Origin: Eledone cirrhosa
Lineage: Eukaryota
Direction: 5' to 3'
Assembly: GCA_964016885.1 (NCBI GenBank)
Contig: OZ024751.1
Coordinates: 49,600,001-49,664,000, forward strand
DNA: 64,000 nt
Translations under genes and position numbers: made by a program
The notes under the pieces: generated by a model
The model's database searches: none
The model's input: the letters and a program-made list of their open reading frames with translations, nothing else
Told to the model about the DNA's origin: nothing
Shown: positions 14,547 through 33,203 of the stretch, in pieces
Position numbering within the stretch: position 1 is the first letter of the stretch
Layout: every line of letters begins with the position of its first letter

Positions 14547-14876
14547 TGAGGATGGCTCTGAACATTAATCAGTATACACTGAGGATGAAAAACTCAGAGC
14601 TGTATGGGAGCATCCCAAAAGTCAGCTCAAAAGTGACACAGAGGAGACTGAGGTTGGCTGGACATGCTCACCGACATCCAGAGTTGACATTGCACTCAGT
14701 GCTCCTTTGGGAGCCCCTACATGGACACATTAGAAGAGGAAGACCAAGGTTAACATATGTTGATGCCCTAAGGACAGACACTGGTCTGTTGGAGATGCAG
14801 GATATGGCAGCGATAATGAGGGACAGAGACCGCTGGAGAGAACTCGTCCATGGATCTCGGGAATTTTACCCGCCTT

Positions 14877-14878
<2 letters not shown>
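14547..14878 (+). mobile_element. 5'-truncated RTE-like LINE 3' end
   Basis: Open frame ..[41 protein letters not shown].., typical of RTE-type ORF C-termini; TA tracts on both sides. Confidence 0.82.
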
Positions 14879-14947
<69 letters not shown>

Positions 14948-14957
14948 CGTGTGTGGT

Positions 14958-15031
<74 letters not shown>

Positions 15032-15105
15032 GATAGATAGAGAGATGGAGAGATAGATACATACATATATACACACACACACATATATATATATATATAC
15101 ATGTC

Positions 15106-15143
<38 letters not shown>

Positions 15144-15214
15144 CCACATATATATATATATACACATATCCACACATATATATACATATCCACATATTAT
15201 ATAGATATGTATAA

Positions 15215-15264
<50 letters not shown>

Positions 15265-15267
<3 letters not shown>

Positions 15268-15449
15268 GAAGGTGTGGTAAGAAACGAGATGGACCATAAC
15301 GCACCAGAGTACTCAATAATTAGGGTAGTAGAGTGGGTAATAGTTAAAAATTTAACCCCGACGGCAGAGCTCAAGCCGTTTCGACGGCTATTTCTGGACT
15401 AGCCTTCGAAACGGCTTGAGCTCTGCCGTCGGGGTTAAAGATTTGGCTA
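15265..15449 (-). mobile_element. Fold-back insertion (family C, second subtype)
   Basis: Tail 15265-15337, then arms 15338-15390 / 15400-15449 folding at GGCTATTTCTGGACTAGCC. Confidence 0.78.
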
Positions 15450-15587
15450 TATATATATAGAGAGAGAGAGAGATAGACACGGAAGTACGTATATACGTAC
15501 ATATAAACAGAGATTAATCACGACTGAGTAACATGTGGTGGAGAAAAGGTGAGTGTATTGCTCAAGATAAGAGGTGAAGAAAGGGGG

Positions 15588-16130
15588 GATGAGAATGAGG
15601 ACGATGATGATGGTGATGATGATGATGATAAAGATGATGATGATGATGATGATGATGATGACTATAACGATGACGATGATGATAATGATAAAGATGATGA
15701 TGATAACGATGATGATGGTGATAAAGATGATGATGATGATGATGGTGGTGACGATGACGATGTATGATGATGACGACGACGACGACGACGATGTATGATG
15801 ACGATGATGACGATCATCATCATGATGACGATAGTGATGATGATGATGATGATGATGTTCATGAGGATGATGATGATGTTGATGGTGATGATGATGGTGA
15901 TGATGATGATGATGATGATGATGATGTTGATGGTGATGATGACGATGATGATGACGATCAATGATGACAAAGATAAAGATAGCGATGATGATGATGATAA
16001 TGATGATGATCAGGATGACGACGACGATGACGATGTTGATGATGATGATGACGATCATGATGATAACGATGATGATGATGATGATGATGACGATCATGAT
16101 GAGGAGGAAGACAAGCAGGAGGAGGAGGAG
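15588..16130. repeat. Imperfect (GAT)n array
   Basis: Directly visible. Confidence 0.95.
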
Positions 16131-16410
16131 GGGTGAGGGTATGATCGATACGAGGATGTCTATATATATTGGATCAAGCCAGCTAACCCGTGGTCAGTCC
16201 CAATATGGAAAGTATACAGTTGAAGCGTGGAAGAAAAGATAAAACCAGATTAGACTATATTTAGCTAATATCTTGCAAGGTCTTCTTGCTTCCGGTTAAG
16301 AGGCGATGAATTGAATTAGACATTGATGGGGGATAACAGACCGAACGCAAGAGTGTTAAAGCATCTGGTAGTGAAAGATGTATGCATGTGTGTGTCTATA
16401 TATGTATATA

Positions 16411-16481
<71 letters not shown>

Positions 16482-16516
16482 AGATATATCTATGCATGGG
16501 TGTAACTATATATGTG

Positions 16517-16598
<82 letters not shown>

Positions 16599-16623
16599 TA
16601 TGTGTGCATGTATGTATATACTC

Positions 16624-16669
<46 letters not shown>

Positions 16670-16822
16670 ATTTACATATACATAAAGTCACAGATATATA
16701 TGTGGCAAGCGGTCACGAGGTGGCTCAATGAAGACTTAATAAATTAAATAATCAGAGCTATATATCATAAATCATGTCCTTAGAAGGATATATATATAGA
16801 TAGATTCGAAGGACATGATTTA

Positions 16823-16867
<45 letters not shown>

Positions 16868-17134
16868 CGCACCTATATATATATGTGTGTGTGTGTGTGT
16901 ATATATATGAGGGAAAATGATGTATGTATGTTCAAAATATCATAGTATATACAACAGTCAGTTAATTGGAGGAGTATTGCATTACGTGTTTGCACAGGGT
17001 AGCTTTTATTTTCTCAGTAGAAATGTAGAAGAGAATTCGAATACCAGCTTGGTTGCTTCATCTGGCTGCGCATTAGGGGGGGTGGCGAAGAGATCAGTCA
17101 TATTTATACTGCTTAAGTTATATATATATATATC

Positions 17135-17184
<50 letters not shown>

Positions 17185-18010
17185 GAGAGTGTGTGTGTGA
17201 GAGAGAGGGAAAGAGAAAGAGATGAATACAGAAGTGAGAAAAATATAACCCTTGTAAATACTTTCATATAGAAATGCGTCTCATATATGAAGTGAAGTGA
17301 TCTAGTAAATACTTGAATTAATCGAGATTGTCTTTGCAATTTGCAAACAAGAACTCCCATTGGATGTGTTCAAAGGGGAAAACAAAACAAACACGACAAA
17401 TTCATCTAAACATATCATAAAAATATATACTTATATGATAAACAAATAAGCTAATTTCGAAATAGGAATATTTGTTGAATGAACGCAATTGTGACGTCGT
17501 AGTAGATGTCATAGTCCGAACTCGTATATTTACCATACTTAAAGTCCGAAGACGCTCCTGAAATGAAGTTCTTTTATTTGCAAGGATATTCTTAATAGAA
17601 CGAATCATGTCACATATATTAAGTAAAAAGAAAATCCCTCATCTCTGTACTGTCCCCATTTTCAAAATCATTATCGATTTCATATTGTTGCAGTCGTCTC
17701 CCTTTGTTGTAGCCTTTTGAATTTCGAAAAAAAAAAAAAGCGCTGCACCTCCTATACAGCTTTGGTATTTAGAATAAGAAATGTTGGTAAAGAATATAAT
17801 ATATGGCTAGTTCAAAAAAAAAAAATTTAAAGTGACTAATACATATGTTTGTAATATGTCAAGATTTATAGATTTTCATGATTGTGGAGATAAATTCGAT
17901 TTCACACTATATCTGACTGCATGAGTGTGTCAATGATTGTCGTACACACACACAGATGCACATACAAACTCACACACACACTCTCTCTCTTACTCCTTTC
18001 TCTCTCTCTG

Positions 18011-18106
<96 letters not shown>

Positions 18107-18198
18107 CATATAGTTATATATTTTATAGATAGATAGATATAGATATATACATATATACATATATATATATACAGATATACATATGTGTGTGTGTGTAT

Positions 18199-18239
<41 letters not shown>

Positions 18240-18444
18240 TGTGTATAGCAGTGTACAAATATACCAAAGTCTACTTTTGGTAACAATGCCACTGAAATAC
18301 ATCAACGTGATTCTTGACATTTATATAAAAGAGAAAACTTCGAGGTGCTTTTTTTTCTGATAAAAGAAAATGATTAAACGTATATAGAATTTTCTGAATA
18401 TCTAACTATCCCAATATACCACATATATGCACATACACACACAT

Positions 18445-18480
<36 letters not shown>

Positions 18481-18511
18481 TCACATATATATATATATAT
18501 ATATATACATA

Positions 18512-18621
<110 letters not shown>

Positions 18622-18734
18622 CACACATATATATATATACACACATATATATAAATATATTTACATATATTTATATATATTATATATATATATATACATA
18701 TATATGTATATACACATACTTATATATATGTAAA

Positions 18735-18787
<53 letters not shown>

Positions 18788-18791
<4 letters not shown>

Positions 18792-19170
18792 TTCAAAATA
18801 TTAACAAAATAGATATTCTTGTGATCAAGTATATTTTATTATACATATTTCAGAGGTACTGAGTTAAGTTCAACAGTACGTCCTCATCAGATAAAATAAG
18901 ATGATGCATGACATACCCTGACATAACCATCTACTATGTCAGGGTATGTCATGCATCATCTTATTTTATCTGATGAGGACGTACTGTTGAACTTAACTCA
19001 GTACCTCTGAAATATGTATAATAAAATATACTTGATCACAAGAATATCTATTTTGTTAATATTTTAAATTAATATTAATAACTCCGGAAAACCATAACTG
19101 TTGAGTCCTTCCAATCTATTGTAACACTCATTCTTTGATTTATTCATTGAACCTTGTTTAACTTTTAAAT
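18788..19170 (+). mobile_element. Fold-back insertion (family G) with a complete hammerhead on each arm
   Basis: Near-perfect ~137-bp arms 18789-18925 / 18936-19071, then tail 19072-19170; TA flanks. Confidence 0.85.
18962..19028 (+). ncRNA. Type I hammerhead ribozyme
   Basis: TATTTTAT-CTGATGA-GGACGTACTG..CAGTACCTCT-GAAA-TATGTA-TA-ATAAAATA with an 8-bp stem I; mirror copy at 18833-18899 (-). Confidence 0.82.
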
Positions 19171-19208
19171 ATATATATATATTTATATATATATATTCAT
19201 ATTTATAT

Positions 19209-19261
<53 letters not shown>

Positions 19262-20009
19262 GCATATTTATATATATATATATATATATCTGTACGAATA
19301 TATATGTGTGTCAGTAAATGAGGGTATGTGCATTTGTTTATGTTATCGCACACAACTTATAAACATAAAGGTAAATACGTAAATAAATATGTACTTGTAT
19401 TTCACATGTGTTCCTTGATTCATTTACATATACAGCCAGCTGTGGCGCAGTGAATATATGTTTTCCTACAGATATAGTTTGTTATATGCATAGGTAATTA
19501 TGTGATGTGCATGTTTGCTCCATAGCTGGATTCAGCTGTTTGCATAAATCTTCACATCACAAATCCATAGGGCATGGAACTTGAAATACGATGTTATGAG
19601 GTTGTTTTGTTGTTTTTTTCACAATAGAATGCTAGTGTGCTTTTTCTTATGTATATAAGAAACTTCCAACGGAAAAAATTATCTAAATCCTTCTCTTATA
19701 TTAGCGTGTCTAACAAAATATGGCAGCCTTGAGTTCATCGTATATTTTATGTAATGTGTTTTGCTTTTGTTTTATGTTATTGTAATGCATGTTTTTCATT
19801 TAATGCACCTCTCTAACTTCATGGTAAGGAAAGAGAAAACACTAATTGCTGTACGTACTCATGATTTATAAAGACATGTATCGGAGTTTAATAATAGCAT
19901 TGTAAGTAGAAGTTGAATACATTAGGTCAGGTACATGTTGGGTAAGGTTTCCTGGTAGATATATCGGTGATATGTGAATATATGGCTCTTCTAGTTAAAT
20001 ACATACATG

Positions 20010-20100
<91 letters not shown>

Positions 20101-20133
20101 ATTTATATGTATATATATATATATATATATAAG

Positions 20134-20160
<27 letters not shown>

Positions 20161-20166
<6 letters not shown>

Positions 20167-20460
20167 GTTAAAGAGTCACGTTAATCCCCTGTAATTTAAT
20201 GAGCCCAAGGTATAATTACCGGGTTCTTCAGATTACAATATATAGAGAAGAACACACAAAAGAGTATGTTTTGAATTCCGCGGGGTAGAGGGCCACTAGA
20301 GTGAAATACATAAAGACTATAAAAAGTGTGGAAAATACATAATAATTGGAAAGGTAAATTAAAATGCACCCACCTTAATATAAAACACCTGGACAGACTC
20401 AAAGAGCAGAATGTTTCGCCATAAACAGTGTCAGAACCATGACATCCGAGGGTTCGTCAA
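20161..20460 (-). mobile_element. Probable PLE-type 3' end truncated at the hammerhead core
   Basis: Minus strand begins (TA)n-TTGACGA-long stem II-GAAA-CA-TT; TA tracts on both sides. Confidence 0.45.
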
Positions 20461-20471
20461 TATATATATAT

Positions 20472-21049
<578 letters not shown>

Positions 21050-21052
21050 GTT

Positions 21053-21089
<37 letters not shown>

Positions 21090-21456
21090 GTTTGTGTGTG
21101 CGTGTGTGTGTATGTGTGTGTGTGTATGTATGTTTAGGTGTGCATGTATGTATGAATGTTTGTAAGTGTGTATGCGTGAGTCTGTGTTTATGAGTGTGTG
21201 TGTGTAAATGTGTTTAGAAGTTCGTATCTCATGTGTTATGTAACCAATGGATCTAATGGGTGAATTATGCGAGTACAAAGGTCTATATATGGGATGGGAA
21301 ATATATTAGAGTTGTGTGTGCACTTGTGTGTGATATCTCGGAGCTGTTGTGATGCATGTGTTTGTATATGCTGCATATGTATGTGTGTTTCTATGTGTAT
21401 CTATATAACCGTATACAGGCAATGAGAAAAAGGATAATGATGAAAATGATGATAAT

Positions 21457-21670
21457 AATTGTTTCTACGTTTGGCACAAGGCCAGCAATTACCCAGTGTA
21501 TTACTGGTACTTTATTTTATCGACCCCGTAAGGATGAAAGGCTAAATAGTGAGTCTTGTTATTCTGTAATTTAACCTCGACGGGATTTGAACTCAGATCA
21601 TAAAGGGACGTAACTCTATGCTTCAAAGCATGGTGTCCGACTCTCAACCTATTACTGACAATCCACCCCG
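21457..21670 (-). mobile_element. SINE S1 with ~25-bp internal insertion at ~21543-21570
   Basis: Reverse complement of the S1 consensus, interrupted after GATGAAAGGC. Confidence 0.85.
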
Positions 21671-22168
21671 AAAATGATGATAATAATGATTATGACGGAA
21701 GAGGACTGAAGGTATTAGTGGTTATCATCGTTATAATGATGTTAGAGACGAATACAGAAGTAACCACATCTCACAACAAAGGAGAAGAGCTTCAATAAAC
21801 GCCAGAACAGAAGGGAGCAGTCATATTAAGAATATATATAAAATCTTGATAAACAAATATATAATATTATCGCCTATAAAAAATAGATATAATTATTTCT
21901 AAATGTAAAATAAAGGTTGTGTCTATTAATATCACTGTAATATATATCAAACTGTTAGATTTAATTACGAGGTTTGAGATTTATATATTTATTTAAAGAA
22001 AATAGACAAAGAAGTCGCCTAGCAACCTAGGTTTTACGCATGGACTAGACAACCTCAAACAGTATTGCTATGTTTTTACATTAACGGTAATAATATGTTG
22101 GGTACGAATCTCCCTATTATTACATCTTCAGGATTTGAAATGTCATTGTTTGGACATATATATATATA

Positions 22169-22680
<512 letters not shown>

Positions 22681-22699
22681 TTCATATATATATATATAC

Positions 22700-22731
<32 letters not shown>

Positions 22732-22775
22732 CTTCATATATATATATATACTTCATATATATATATATATATATA

Positions 22776-23503
<728 letters not shown>

Positions 23504-23519
23504 TATATACATATATGTA

Positions 23520-23631
23520 TGTAAAAAGTACACAGAAATAACAACACAATCGGTACAGTATATGGAAGGAATATATTAGGTTAACGCTTGAAATAGCAGG
23601 AAGAGGGTCTCAACGTTTCGGACGCGAGTCC

Positions 23632-23636
<5 letters not shown>
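23520..23636 (-). mobile_element. PLE-type 3' end truncated inside the hammerhead core
   Basis: Minus strand reads (TA)n-ATGA-AGGAC-TCGC-GTCC-GAAA-CG-TT; stem II is perfect and the CTG of the core is replaced by the TA tract. Confidence 0.6.
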
Positions 23637-23671
<35 letters not shown>

Positions 23672-24126
23672 AACAAACACACATACACACGTACATATAT
23701 ACATATATACATACATATATATATATATATACATGCATACATATATACATACATATATACACATATACATACATATATACATATATACATACGTACATAT
23801 CTACCTACACGCATACATACATACATTCATTCATACATAAATAGATACACATCAATACGTATATAATATGCGTGTGTTTGTGCATTTTTATTCTTATACG
23901 GTGCTTGATTGTGCGTTCATCTTTGGTGAAGATTGTCACTGTCTTGTATGAAATGTGACCAACAAATGACAAAGGTTATATCTGAGAAGTTTTCTTTCTG
24001 TTTGGCATTTTGATATATTTAACTACGACCACGTTTCCTGTCTGGTATTTAGTTCCACAGCGGACAATTTCAGTATCAGCTGCCTGCCTTTCCATACCTT
24101 TCCGATTTGGTATCTGCTACATATAT

Positions 24127-24222
<96 letters not shown>

Positions 24223-24292
24223 TAATATACATACATACTCACACACACACACACACACACACTCAGACACACACACACATATATATATATAT

Positions 24293-24325
<33 letters not shown>

Positions 24326-25471
24326 GTCATCGTTTAACCTCCGTCTTCCACACTACCATGGGTTAGAGGGCTTTGTTCCATTTAATGCGCGAATGGTGGG
24401 GAGACCGTGTCTCGTTCGCACAGAAGTGTCTCTGCCAGTTTTTTTTTACAGCTGGATGCCATTCCTAACACCAACCACTTTTACATTTATATATATGAAT
24501 ATAACAGTTAATCTTTTCGACGATTCTTTTTCTCGAAGATTTTCTTTTTTTACTTACGGAGCAGCCATCCTCATATCTATAATGGAAAAAGTATTTGGAA
24601 CAGAATCGTAACAAATATTGACCTCATATATGTTACTTTCTTCCTTCTTACATTGAAAGTTCAGATAAGGATAGTTAGAGAAGGGCTACACTGACTTCTC
24701 CCACTTGCAGCTCTGAACCGTAATGCATAAACCTAGCTAGAAAGCAGCACACTCTCTAAATCTTCATCTTCCTTCTCAAGTCGTAATATAAAGAATTTGA
24801 GAAGGATTTAGCCAAAGAGGACGATACTTCACTTCAAAACATACAGGTTCCTTCGCCATAGATATTTCCTTGCAAAAAGAAAAGGTTGTTTCAAAATTAC
24901 AATAATGGTTTGGTTTCTGATTTAGACACAAGGCAAACAATGGCTGGGAAGAGGAAAAATTAATTATGCAGTAAGAATTATACAAGTGTAAAGTAACAAT
25001 TATACAGAAACAGCTATACAATTTTATTATATATAACGTACTATTTAATAAAACTGGATGCTTTTATTTGAGATATTCTCCCTCGTGTACCCTCGAATAT
25101 CACATGAAAACACGTGTATCTAGAAGAAGAAGAAGAAGAAGAAGAAGAAGAAGAAGAAGAAGAAGAAGAAGAAGAAGAAGAAGAAGAAGAAGAAGATGCA
25201 AAATCAACAACGCAAATGACAACAGCTTTAAGATTAAAAAAAACTATTATGTTGCAGATGAAAAAGGCTTTATTTTACATATAAAAGCAGATAAAAATGT
25301 ACATTAAGTGCATTCTGTGCATAATTCCGTATGTGGGTGTTTATAAAGGAACGGTGATTTTCATTCATTGCTGATGCTTTTATCTAAAGAGGCTCAGTTC
25401 ATTCTAGGTGGCACTTTATATACCAAATAATGTTTGTATATATCGGAATAATATATGTACACATTGCTAGG

Positions 25472-25524
<53 letters not shown>

Positions 25525-25587
25525 TTCATACACGCATTCATACGACATGCATTCATATACATACATATATATATGGGTTTGTGCGTG

Positions 25588-25652
<65 letters not shown>

Positions 25653-26647
25653 TTGTGTGTGAATATATATATTCACACACACGCTCACACAAACACACGC
25701 ATGCGCACAAGGACACGCACATTAGAAAGAAACATGAAAAATTAAAAAATTAAATAACTAATGAGAAAACACAATCAAAAGCAACAACCCCTACAACAAC
25801 AACAACAACAATATCAACAACAACAACAATATCAACAACAACAGTTCCCTCTATTAATAATAACAATAATATATAACGAAAAAAAAACTAAAATAATAAA
25901 AAATATGAAAAATAGATAAATAAAACAATTTAATGCAAGGCAGAGTAACGATTAAAAAACCATAGTTGAGATAGCAGAAGATAAATGTTAAAAATCAGGA
26001 AGCGAAAGCACTTAAATACTTCATTAATATTCAAATTTATTATACGAGAAAATATAATTTCCAATCTTTTGATAATTTATTATCGTATACGAGTTTTGTT
26101 TCGTTTTATTTGGGGGCTTTTATTGTTCCTGTTTTTGTTGCTGTATTTGTAGTAGTTATTGTAGCTATTGTCGTTGGTGTTGCTCCCGTTACTGGTTGTT
26201 GCGTTAGTGTTGTGCTGTGAGGGTTATTGTGAAATGATGTGTACTGTGTAAGTCTGGCCAAATAAGTAGTATATTCCCCCATAAAAACTAAAAGCTATTC
26301 CCCCGTGATGTCGGCAGGCTCTCTGCCTTCCATTTTTTTTTCAGATCATATGCGTGTGTGTATATAGTGTGTGTGTGCGCGTGTATGTTCCAGTGTATAT
26401 TTATACGCATATGTGTGTGTGTGTGTATTTATGGGTGTGTTTCTCTGTATGTGTGTGTGTGTGTGTTTATATTCATTCAATTATTTATAATCTAAAATAT
26501 ATCTACACACTCACACGTAAACATATATCTATGTCCGAGTGTGTATATATATATATATATGGGAGGGATTATTTGTGTAAATATATTTAAAAGTATACCT
26601 AATTGAATAAATATACACAGAGAGATACACTCATGCACATATATATT

Positions 26648-26711
<64 letters not shown>

Positions 26712-26713
<2 letters not shown>

Positions 26714-27040
26714 CAGCTGTACTTAAACAAAAACAACTACAACAGATTGTCTTGCCTCAGAAAAATGTCTATAGACTTTTGACTGAGGAATGTTCTCACA
26801 ACTTACCAATGGGATGCGAGCGTGTCCTAGAAATAACAACATAACCAGGAGCTGGACATATATATGTATTGACAGAGTAAAACACACTTCAACAACATGT
26901 GTACCTGTCTTTCCCACAACAATTCGGACTGCCTGAAGAGTTCACAGCCAATAATGGCTGTCACTGAAGTATATATAGCAGTATATCTATAATGTATAAT
27001 AACCGAAGCCTAATTTTACATATTTGACTTAATTATTTTA
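26712..27040 (+). mobile_element. Family E pLTR, single tail-less arm
   Basis: 26830-27040 matches 41706-41916, including ACTGC-CTGAAGA..GCAGT (GAAA mutated to GAAG); ends at the same base as the tail-less arm at 41479. Confidence 0.78.
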
Positions 27041-27612
27041 TATATATATATATATGCGTGTTTATGCATGCCTCTTTGTTTATTTGTATTTATCCATACA
27101 GGAATGTATATATAGTTACCTGCACATCAGTAAATGCTAAAATGCGTTAAATAGTTATGGAAATACATTTAATTTTAGCACGCGTCATATACTCATCGAT
27201 TTATATGCATGCATACATATACACACACATATATATGTGTATATATATATATATATATAGATAGATATATATATAGATATATATAAATGGAATAGAATGA
27301 AACGAAATTTCATTTCTCACTCTTAGTACGGCCCTTACTTAAATGTAAGTATGTATCTATGTATGTATACGTACATACATATATGTATACAGACGTACAG
27401 TAGTATGTATATATATACATACATGCACACATATATATATGCACGTATCGGTTTACGTGCATATATATATATGTGTGCATGTATGTATATATATATACAT
27501 ACTACTGTACGTCTGTATACATATATGTATTTACGTATACATACATACATACTTACATATCGATATATAGATATAAATATATATACATATATATGCATTC
27601 ATACATACACAT

Positions 27613-30746
<3,134 letters not shown>

Positions 30747-31299
30747 TATATATATATATATATATATGGAGATAGAGAGGGAGAGAGAGAGGATGAAAGG
30801 GAGGGCAGGGTGTATGTAACTGTAGTACATTTTGTTGCAAAAAGATTATGGAATATTAATTTCAAATGTTGTCGTGAAAGTGGCAACATGTTAATAATGT
30901 TCTCTAAAAATCTGCATACAATCTACGGATGCCAGGCGAGGATATAAAGTATCTATTTACAAAGAATTATAACATTTCCTTCATTTAATGATTTTATATA
31001 TATATGTTTTAATTGTACTTTCAATTAGTGTCGATAAAGAAACAACAACAACATTAAACAAAGCACAAGTATAAACAGTAATCTTAGAGAGTAATTCTCA
31101 CTAGTAACAATGGTCCGAAGACAATGGTTCCAGTTGTTCAAAAAACGGAATCGTCTACTCACAAAAAGATGTGCAATAGGCAGAACATTCCAATTATAGA
31201 TCTACTCTTAGCGTAGTTCCCATGGAGATTCAGCGCAATGGAATTTGTGGCAATGTCATGCATAACTTATTTTTGACAGCTGCAGCGACCAAGTGAAGT

Positions 31300-31689
31300 A
31301 TTTTGCTCAAGGACACAATTCACGGTCGGGAATCAAACTCAACATTTTCTCGATCGGGCGCAGAACAGTCTAGCCACTAAATCACACGCCTTTAATGCAT
31401 CGACGATATAGCTTAAATTTAAAACAAGAAAACCCGACAACCATGACAGAAATAGCTATAGAAGCAACACAGACGACAAGTTTGTACATCAAATCGATAT
31501 AATTATTTCTACTTTTCGCACAAGGCCAGCAATTATCCCAGTGCATTGCTGGTGCTTCATTTCATCGACCCCTTAAGGATGAAGAGCAAAGTTAAGCATG
31601 GCGAAATTTGAACTCAGAATGTAAACAGCCATAACTATATGCCACCAAACATGTCCGACGCTCTACCGATACTGCCCTTCCATTCGCCC
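31300..31689 (-). mobile_element. Old SINE S2 (31300-31392) and SINE S1 (31502-31689)
   Basis: TTGCTCAAGGACACAA..GGAATC..CCACTAA; and GCACAAGGCCAGCAATT..TCGACCCC..GGATGAA. Confidence 0.75.
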
Positions 31690-33062
31690 TTCCATTCAAA
31701 ATGATAATGGTAGTATACAGTTATGGTTGAAACGACTTGCTGAAAGTATTGCGGAGAGGGGAAAGGACCGAGAACCACGTAGCTGCGAAATGAATTTAAT
31801 CCCACGGTTATGCCTAAACAAGATAAAAATATATACATCAAACATTTTCTCCGATGATTTTGAAAATACTGAACATAAAATCATTAAATGATTTTAAAAC
31901 ATTTAAGACGGCGAAGCAAGCTTTGCCAAACGAAAATTGCCCAGTTCTGTGATAATAATATCAATAATAATAATATTAATGAGCTAACAATGAGGACACA
32001 TCTCTTTCGGGGGAATTTCTAGAAATAGCAGCCAATACTTCCTTAAATCACTGCCCATTATCGTACAGGACGTCTAAATTGTATGATATACATAAGTTGA
32101 TAGATTAAGTCGAAATGGTCACAAGTGAAACACGTTTGAGCATAGAAATGTGCAATCAGTGCTTGACAAGTCAGTAAACAACAAACTGTCTTTAAAAGAT
32201 GAAGAATGTATTGGTTAATGTCCTATATACACGGCATAAAAATAGATATAGTCAACGTTTGAATGTCTAGATATTGATATTTAACTGAAGACGGTGTATT
32301 CAAGAATCGTTAGAGTGTAGGAAGAAATGCCTCTTTGCAATACTTGCTCTGTGTTTTTAAGTTCTGGTTTTCTATAGAACCAAGAACAATTTTTACTTTT
32401 ATTTGACTTGGTTCGATATAATAAGGTATTGGGTTAATTTCTTGGAATAATCCCTCCAAACTAAATACTTTCTCTCGTTGTGCCTATAATAGAAACAATT
32501 AGAATTTAGGACATAAGCAACCCTCAGAAAGCAAACATGTGACAGATGGGGTTTCAATAATGGCCATTACATTTGTTTAGAGATATCTTATATTCTATTA
32601 TTCAATCTGTACGTTTCTATTTGTAATATGGTTAGGGTGTGGTATGGAAAATATTTGGACGTTAATTCCAGTATTCCAAGCGACCACACAGACAATCCTT
32701 CATTGATTCGTTGTAACGCAAAGATACTTAATTCGGTATTATTTTAAATCTGCCATTCATACACGGTGTAATATAAACCGACTTCGTTCACTATGAAAGG
32801 GTGGTGAGGGGTTAAACTGGATGTTTAAGAAAAGGATCTTAGTCAGTGAAATATCGAAACTAATCTAAGACTCGAAGTGAAGGAGAAAAAATTTAATGAA
32901 CATAAACAAAGTCATCATAGAAAGACGAAAAGTAGTTTTCAGAAAATGTAATTAAAACAGCAATATTATTTCAAAGGAAAAACTCCTACAACAAACATTA
33001 TGCTGGCAATGTTTAAATATTCTACCACACATACATGGACAAACACGCACACGTATATGTAT

Positions 33063-33118
<56 letters not shown>

Positions 33119-33168
33119 ATGTGTGTATGTATATCTATATCTATATATATATATATATAGATATACAT

Positions 33169-33203
<35 letters not shown>

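Noticed and set aside
16759-16830. 21-bp inverted repeat around a TA spacer
   Set aside because: The hairpin is real but too short and without a ribozyme core, so it was not counted among the fold-back families.
17402-17608. Possible LINE remnant (IKNILANKRTSFQERLRTL)
   Set aside because: Too short and degenerate to assign without a search.
24620-25021. Possible decayed hAT transposase fragment or host exon
   Set aside because: No convincing motif or sustained open frame on either strand.
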